Of a stretch of 64,000 nucleotides of DNA, positions 58,507-64,000 are shown one piece after another. Origin of the DNA: an uncultured Bacilli bacterium (GTDB taxonomy: Bacteria > Bacillota_I > Bacilli_A > RFN20 > CAG-826); assembly GCA_905236715.1 (NCBI GenBank), contig CAJOMQ010000001.1, positions 110,015 to 174,014 on the forward strand. Reading direction: 5' to 3'. A program made the position numbers and the translations under genes. Position 1 is the first letter of the stretch. The number at the start of each line of letters is the position of its first letter. Below the pieces are notes generated by a model. That model was not told where the DNA came from and ran no database searches. It saw only the letters and a program-made list of their open reading frames with translations.

Positions 58507-60096
58507 CTACTCCTTAAGCGCGGCTTTTATCAAACCCATAAATAAAGGATGGGGCTTATTCGGACGCGATTTAAACTCGGGATGAAACTGGCAAGCAATA
58601 AAATATTTATGCGCTTTAATCTCCACGATTTCGACCAGTTTTTTCTCGGTATATAAACCACTTACATCCATTCCATTAGCAATATATTCATCGAGATATT
58701 TGTTATTGAATTCATAACGATGACGATGTCTTTCCGCGATGATTTCATTTTGATATAAGGACATCGCCAGCGAGTTTTCTTTCAATCGACACGGGTAGGA
58801 GCCTAATCGCATCGTCCCACCCTTTTTCGCGATGCCAACTTGTTCACTTGATAAATCGATAACAGGGTGCTTCGTATGTTCATCAAATTCCGAAGAATTG
58901 GCATCATGATAACCCAAGACATCTCTGGCGAATTCAATGACACTGATCTGCATGCCTAGACATATTCCTAAATAAGGAATATTGTTGACTCTGGCGTAAT
59001 GGGCACTGACAATCATTCCTTCAATACCTCTGGTGCCAAATCCACCGGGGACAATCATTCCATCGATATCTTTAAATATATCTTCAACGTTATCTTTATT
59101 CACCTTTTCCGAATCAATCCATTTGATTGATAAAGCGGCATCTAAACTATTAGAAGCGTGATATAAAGCTTCTTCGACAGATAGGTAAGCATCGTGCAAA
59201 GCGACATATTTACCAACGAGCGCAATCGTCACTTTCTTATGCACATTTTTGATTTTATCCACCATTTTCACCCAGAAATCGAGGTCCGGTGTTCTTTCTT
59301 CTAACGCTAATTTCTTAATCACTTCTTTGGTCAATCCTTCCCCTTCCAGTAGCAAAGGGACTTCATAGATTGTGGAAGCTGTCAAATTTTCGATGACACA
59401 ACTCTTCTCCACATTAGTGAATAAGGAAATCTTTTCTTTCAGATGGTCATCAAGTGGTTGACTTGAACGGCAGACAAGAATATCGGGCTGAATGCCTAAT
59501 GACTGCAATTCTTTCACGGAATGCTGTACAGGTTTCGTCTTTATTTCGCCACTGCCAGGTATTTCCACCACTAAAGGCACATGAATATAAACGACATTAT
59601 TTTTCCCTTTTTCTCTACTCACTTGTCTAATCGCTTCTAAAAATGGTTGGCTTTCAATATCACCGACGGTGCCACCGATTTCCACGATGGAGATATCTAA
59701 ATCTTTATCTTCCGCGGTATATATCCAGTGTTTGATCTCATTGATGACATGGGGGACAATCTGCACTGTGCTACCGAGATAACCACCTTCTCTTTCTCTA
59801 TTGATAACATTCCAATAGATTTTGCCACTGCTGATAGAATTGGAATAATCAAGTGATACATTGGTAAAACGTTCATAATGACCGAGATCTAAATCGGTTT
59901 CCGCGCCATCATCGGTGACAAAAACTTCCCCGTGCTGATATGGGGACATCGTCCCGGGATCAACATTGATATAGGGATCAAACTTCTGATTTTGGACCTT
60001 ATAGCCTCTTTGTTTCAGTAATCTCGCTAAAGAAGCGGCGCATATGCCTTTGCCTAAGCCTGAGACCACTCCACCTGTGATAAAAATGTATTTCAT
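58507..60096 (-). CDS. pyrG: CTP synthase
   Basis: [54 protein letters not shown]; start at ATG 60096. Confidence 0.98.
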   Translation of the reverse strand: MKYIFITGGVVSGLGKGICAASLARLLKQRGYKVQNQKFDPYINVDPGTMSPYQHGEVFVTDDGAETDLDLGHYERFTNVSLDYSNSISSGKIYWNVINREREGGYLGSTVQIVPHVINEIKHWIYTAEDKDLDISIVEIGGTVGDIESQPFLEAIRQVSREKGKNNVVYIHVPLVVEIPGSGEIKTKPVQHSVKELQSLGIQPDILVCRSSQPLDDHLKEKISLFTNVEKSCVIENLTASTIYEVPLLLEGEGLTKEVIKKLALEERTPDLDFWVKMVDKIKNVHKKVTIALVGKYVALHDAYLSVEEALYHASNSLDAALSIKWIDSEKVNKDNVEDIFKDIDGMIVPGGFGTRGIEGMIVSAHYARVNNIPYLGICLGMQISVIEFARDVLGYHDANSSEFDEHTKHPVIDLSSEQVGIAKKGGTMRLGSYPCRLKENSLAMSLYQNEIIAERHRHRYEFNNKYLDEYIANGMDVSGLYTEKKLVEIVEIKAHKYFIACQFHPEFKSRPNKPHPLFMGLIKAALKE

Positions 60097-60138
60097 AATT
60101 ATTAATAATAAATATTTGGTCAATTAATTAAAAATACG

Positions 60139-60175
60139 TATAATATTATAGTTATCATATCTTTTTTGTATGATA
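60139..60175. promoter_or_regulatory. LysR-type binding site in the divergent promoter region
   Basis: TATCATA-N9-TATGATA (T-N11-A core) at 60153-60175, plus the palindrome TATAATATTATA at 60139-60150. Confidence 0.65.
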
Positions 60176-60182
60176 GTTGCTT

Positions 60183-61061
60183 ATGGACTTAAAAACTTTA
60201 AAATATTTTGTTATCGTCGCCGAAGAACTCAACATCACGCACGCTAGTAAGATGCTCATGATGTCTCAACCTCCTTTAAGTCATCAAATGAAAGCGCTGG
60301 AAGAAGAATTAGGGACGACATTATTTATTCGGGGAAAAAGAAAACTAACCTTAACTGAGGAAGGTAAATATTTATATTTAAAAGCGAAAGATATTCTCGG
60401 ATTAGTCGACAAAACCACCAGTGAAATACATAATATGAATATCGGCTTAACGGGAACGATATCGATTGGTCTCGTGGAAGGGACCGCTCCTGATATCGCC
60501 GCCAAATGGATTAGTGAATTTGTGAAAATATATCCCAACATTCATTTTCATGTCGTTGATGGCAATAGCGATGATCTCGTGGAAAAAATGCGCAGTGGTC
60601 TCATCTCTTTAGCGGTCATCACTTCTCCGATCGATGAAGTGTTATTAAATAAAATCAAAGTCGGTGAAGAACAAATGTCGGTATTCTTTAATAAAGGTCA
60701 CTTTTTATCTTCTATTAAAGATGAATATATCGATATTGCTCTTTTGCAAAACGAACCCCTGATCGTTCCCAGTCGAAAAGCGCATATCGATAAGATTAGA
60801 AAATGGTTTAAAAACCGCAATATTGAACCAAACATCATCTGTGAAATGGATAACTACCTCGACGCAGCGGCACTCGCCGGACGTGATGTCGGAATCAGCA
60901 TCTTCCCAAAAACCAGTTATGTTATCAATAGTTCGATCAATACTAAGTATATTAAAGACGTCGATGCCTCAATTCAATATTATTTCGTTTGGCGAAAAGG
61001 CCATCAACTATCCGTCATTGAAGAAAATTTTATTAGCTATATCAAAGCCCTAGCAATATAA
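60183..61061 (+). CDS. LysR family transcriptional regulator
   Basis: LKYFVIVAEELNITHAS..L.MSQPPLSHQMKALEEELG..LF.R; divergent from pyrG. Confidence 0.95.
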   Translation: MDLKTLKYFVIVAEELNITHASKMLMMSQPPLSHQMKALEEELGTTLFIRGKRKLTLTEEGKYLYLKAKDILGLVDKTTSEIHNMNIGLTGTISIGLVEGTAPDIAAKWISEFVKIYPNIHFHVVDGNSDDLVEKMRSGLISLAVITSPIDEVLLNKIKVGEEQMSVFFNKGHFLSSIKDEYIDIALLQNEPLIVPSRKAHIDKIRKWFKNRNIEPNIICEMDNYLDAAALAGRDVGISIFPKTSYVINSSINTKYIKDVDASIQYYFVWRKGHQLSVIEENFISYIKALAI

Positions 61062-61100
61062 AGTCCCGCTGTTTTCATCTACCAACGCAAATGAAAATAA

Positions 61101-61415
61101 TTAACGCTCATAATCTTCAATACTGATAATTTGTGAATAAATATCTGTCTTTTGAAATTCTTCAAAATCTTTCACTTGTATGAAGTGACTTCTTTCTTTA
61201 CAAAGACACATAGGGGATAACCATCCATAGCCGTTAACAGCAACCGCTAATCGCTTTACTTGCATTAATCCGCGTTTAATTTTGTGTTCCACTAAGTCTT
61301 CATTTAATAATGTAGAAGCATAGTGATTAGGAAAATATTCTTTTAAAAAACTTTTCCATTTCTTTTCATCTTCCTTTGTTTTAATGTGTACAAAGGCATC
61401 TTTCCAATTTGTCAT
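61101..61415 (-). CDS. Hypothetical 104-aa protein under riboswitch control
   Basis: AAGGAGG SD; directly downstream of the SAM-I-like leader. Confidence 0.75.
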   Translation of the reverse strand: MTNWKDAFVHIKTKEDEKKWKSFLKEYFPNHYASTLLNEDLVEHKIKRGLMQVKRLAVAVNGYGWLSPMCLCKERSHFIQVKDFEEFQKTDIYSQIISIEDYER

Positions 61416-61416
61416 A

Positions 61417-61577
61417 AATTCCTCCTTAAATCACCATAAAGAGGAATTAAAAACTCCCATCGTGACGATAGGAGCATTAAGAGTTATATTGTTCCCATCG
61501 TTCAAGCTTTGGCACCCAACATGACTTGGGTTGTCGGTGGATCTCTGGGCTTGTCCCTAACCACACTCTTTATGGAT
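61417..61577 (-). promoter_or_regulatory. SAM-I-like riboswitch (P4-less) with terminator and RBS sequestrator
   Basis: AUAAAGAG-GUGG..AGGGACAAGCCC..GAUCCAC-GACAACC..GGUGCC-AAAGCUUG-AACGAUGG; pseudoknot CAAG/CUUG; promoter TTGCAA-16-(TGa)TATAAT places +1 at ~61577. Confidence 0.78.
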
Positions 61578-61713
61578 GGTTTTATTATATCAATGAGTTA
61601 GCATTTTGCAAGATGAGAAAAATCACCACCACTTAGTGAACCTTATTCGATTTATCCTTAATACTTTGTATTAGTTTTTTCAAGGCACCTAACATAGATT
61701 GTTTCTCGTTGAA

Positions 61714-63318
61714 TTAGTTATTAACTTTTCTAATCATTTCAGCTACATTGATTGGCTTAACTAGTAATTGGGATCCATCTGGTGCTTTCGCTGTTTTGAA
61801 AACCGTGCTCCAAAAATCATAATTTTGTTTACCACCAAAAACTGTAGATGCCATACTCCTATCTTTCCAAATAGGCAAATCTCTCAGATTACAAATAAAT
61901 GTTCTAATGTTTTCCCAAAGGGCATCAGGTATTTTTTGCATAAATAAATTTTCATCATCATACATTTCGCCAGAGTAAACGAAATGATTTTTGATTAATA
62001 ACTCTAAATACTTTATCCAGTTGTACATTATTTCTTCTTTGAACAAGCGGTATGCAATTAAGTGTTCATCTGGAATGAAATCACCTTTGCCAGAAGAAAT
62101 ATTATTCTCGATTTTATAAGTACCTATTTCATCATCGAATCTCCCAATCAATAATTCTTCGGCAATGATATTGCAAAGATTGATGAGCTGCTCTCTTTCG
62201 AGTACTCTAGGGTTCATTCCTTCTTCTACTCTATAATTGATTGGTGTTTTTAAAATAGTTTTCGCATTTACAAATGTAGATAAAAACGTCTTCTCAAAAG
62301 TACTATATGACAACGGTAGTGCATTACCTCTGCCTTCAAAGTTAATAAAAGATCCCAATTTATTATCTGAACTTCTTGTAATTCCATTCTTTTGACTATT
62401 AATAACATACACCTTGCATTTTTCGCCTTTAAAGTAATTAACAAGGTTATCTTCAGAGAATGATAAATTATCCTCATCTAAGAAATGATCTTTTTGATAT
62501 TTTCTAATTCTTTCAGCGTATAAAACATCATGCAATTGTCTGACAATTGATTTATCAAAAGCTATTTGTTTAAGTTTGCTGCCAGCATTGGTGTTTGTTT
62601 CAATAAGTCTATCAACATCAGGGTTAACGAATAATCTGATTACTAATTCTCGTACGCCAAGCATTAGTTGTGCGACTGCTTTGTGTTGACCGTCGAAAAT
62701 CATAATTTTCCCATCACAGATTCTCGCTAAACTTAAATGCAATTGAGGATTTGGTTTATGAAACTCTTTTATTAACAAAGAAATTGAACTATTGATACCT
62801 CCTGGATTGATGAATTCATCGTGATAAATGTATTCAATAGGGACGCGAATAAAGCATGTCTGTTCACCAGATAGCACATCAACAAAGACTTCGGCGGTTC
62901 TTATAGTATCATCGCCAATATCGGAAAAAGCATACTTTATAAGACCATTTTCAATTTTAAATTTAAAATTAAATTTAGAGCCACCAAATGCAGATAACAC
63001 ATGTTTTAAAGATGGAGTCTGTTTATTTTCTTCGGCTTTTTGAATAATCTCATCAAGTTTGGCCAACTTTTTAGCAACCACTAAATCGGCATCTTTTTTC
63101 GATTTATCACAATGCTCGTGTGTTAAGCCAAAATTAGTCACATCATCCTTTCCACCATTTACAAGCGGTTTAATATGATCAACATTGACATTGTTTATTT
63201 CTAAATCGATTTCTTTTTCACAAATAAAACACTTGTGATTTTGAATATCCCATAATTGCTTAACAAGGCTTTTGTATTGGTCTTTGTTAAGACTGTCTAA
63301 AAATTTTGAATTACCCAT
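61714..63318 (-). CDS. HNH endonuclease fused to a DGQH (ParB/DndB-like) domain; probable defence protein
   Basis: CFIC..DHIKPL..GG....N....H..CDKSK; IFDGQHK; SD AAAGGTGAG before ATG 63318. Confidence 0.75.
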   Translation of the reverse strand: MGNSKFLDSLNKDQYKSLVKQLWDIQNHKCFICEKEIDLEINNVNVDHIKPLVNGGKDDVTNFGLTHEHCDKSKKDADLVVAKKLAKLDEIIQKAEENKQTPSLKHVLSAFGGSKFNFKFKIENGLIKYAFSDIGDDTIRTAEVFVDVLSGEQTCFIRVPIEYIYHDEFINPGGINSSISLLIKEFHKPNPQLHLSLARICDGKIMIFDGQHKAVAQLMLGVRELVIRLFVNPDVDRLIETNTNAGSKLKQIAFDKSIVRQLHDVLYAERIRKYQKDHFLDEDNLSFSEDNLVNYFKGEKCKVYVINSQKNGITRSSDNKLGSFINFEGRGNALPLSYSTFEKTFLSTFVNAKTILKTPINYRVEEGMNPRVLEREQLINLCNIIAEELLIGRFDDEIGTYKIENNISSGKGDFIPDEHLIAYRLFKEEIMYNWIKYLELLIKNHFVYSGEMYDDENLFMQKIPDALWENIRTFICNLRDLPIWKDRSMASTVFGGKQNYDFWSTVFKTAKAPDGSQLLVKPINVAEMIRKVNN

Positions 63319-63638
63319 AATTCTCACCTTTACTATTAATTATATTAATTATAAAGTAAAGACAAATTAGATGCAAAACCATAACAATCATGCGATTTTT
63401 AGAAAGGCTTCAATTTTCCGTCAATATCAAAGACGGATTCCTTCTTTTCAACCATATCCCCCGGAAGGAAAAATGCCCCCAGCAAGAATTTATCCCCTAG
63501 TATTTTTAAGTCTTTCAATTTATAAGCTAAATTTGCTCGAACTCTCGGTCTGATTTCTTCAAAGCACAAAAAAAGAGATGACTTAATCATCTCAACAACT
63601 GGAACTTTAGACCAATTGATACATAAAACCTTGGTAAT

Positions 63639-64000
63639 TTATTTGTCAATCTTTTCAGTAATAGCGTGTAAGATGCTTTCATCCTCAATCAAAGTAATCG
63701 CAAATGCTTTGCTACCAGCGTAGTTAAGCGAGGTTCCAAGATGGTACAAAAGCACACCATCAATGATAATGAATCTATCATGCCACATTTCGGTATAATG
63801 CAGAAACAATCCACCATATTCTTTATTAAATGAATCAACATCATCTTGGGACAATTTAGATTTTGAAGAAATAAATAGATCGATAGTAGCATTATCTTTT
63901 TTGGTTTTGAGATAATCTAATGCCTTTAAGTCTGCATAAGCATCTATCAAAGTTATTGTTTTATGAGCCTTAGAAAACAACTGTTTAAGAAAACTTCTCG
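63639..64000 (-). CDS. C-terminal part of an ORF6N/RhuM-associated protein with PLD-like domain (5' end off window)
   Basis: LID.Y.D..AL, HDRFIIID...YHLGTSLN.AG.K.FAI motif; frame open to the window edge. Confidence 0.7.
   Translation of the reverse strand, partial: RSFLKQLFSKAHKTITLIDAYADLKALDYLKTKKDNATIDLFISSKSKLSQDDVDSFNKEYGGLFLHYTEMWHDRFIIIDGVLLYHLGTSLNYAGSKAFAITLIEDESILHAITEKIDK

Noticed and set aside
61633..61695. 20-aa ORF MLGALKKLIQSIKDKSNKVH after the HNH gene
   Set aside because: Too short, with a weak SD; expected by chance
63399..63590. 63-aa minus-strand ORF between the PLD-like and HNH genes
   Set aside because: No SD or motif; may be a gene remnant but is unsupported

Overview
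AT-rich bacterial chromosome segment using genetic code 11. Gene content and synteny suggest a reduced-genome Bacilli of the Erysipelotrichales/RFN20/RF39 type (inference). About 1-28.5 kb is a minus-strand housekeeping block: aspS, hisS, rel, a heterodimeric ABC exporter, recJ, a divergent secDF, ruvAB, nadE, obgE, a GT2, rplU-prp-rpmA with an L21 leader, radC, valS with a T-box, engB, lon, tig and tsaC. About 28.5-53 kb is mixed metabolic and surface genes: flavodiiron protein, pepC, msrC, lipoproteins, cysK-cymR, gltS-like, acyltransferase and licD. About 53-64 kb is an accessory region with pseudogenes, defence-like genes and an inserted LysR/pyrG-glnA unit. The best candidate for an undescribed system is a PBECR4-type RNase gene preceded by its own promoter, a ~148-nt GC-rich structured non-coding RNA and an intrinsic terminator abutting the start codon, which is the layout of an RNA-antitoxin (type III-like) TA or anti-phage module. 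A second, apparently related small RNA cassette lies ~600 bp upstream, before an RNA-repair-type HAD gene. Also notable: a P4-less SAM-I-like riboswitch with both a terminator and an RBS sequestrator controlling an unknown gene; a bacteriocin/pheromone-like peptide coupled to radC; a SecDF lacking the proton-coupling residues; and many apparently leaderless genes. No rRNA, tRNA, CRISPR array or transposase was seen. All family assignments come from motif recognition by eye, not database searches.
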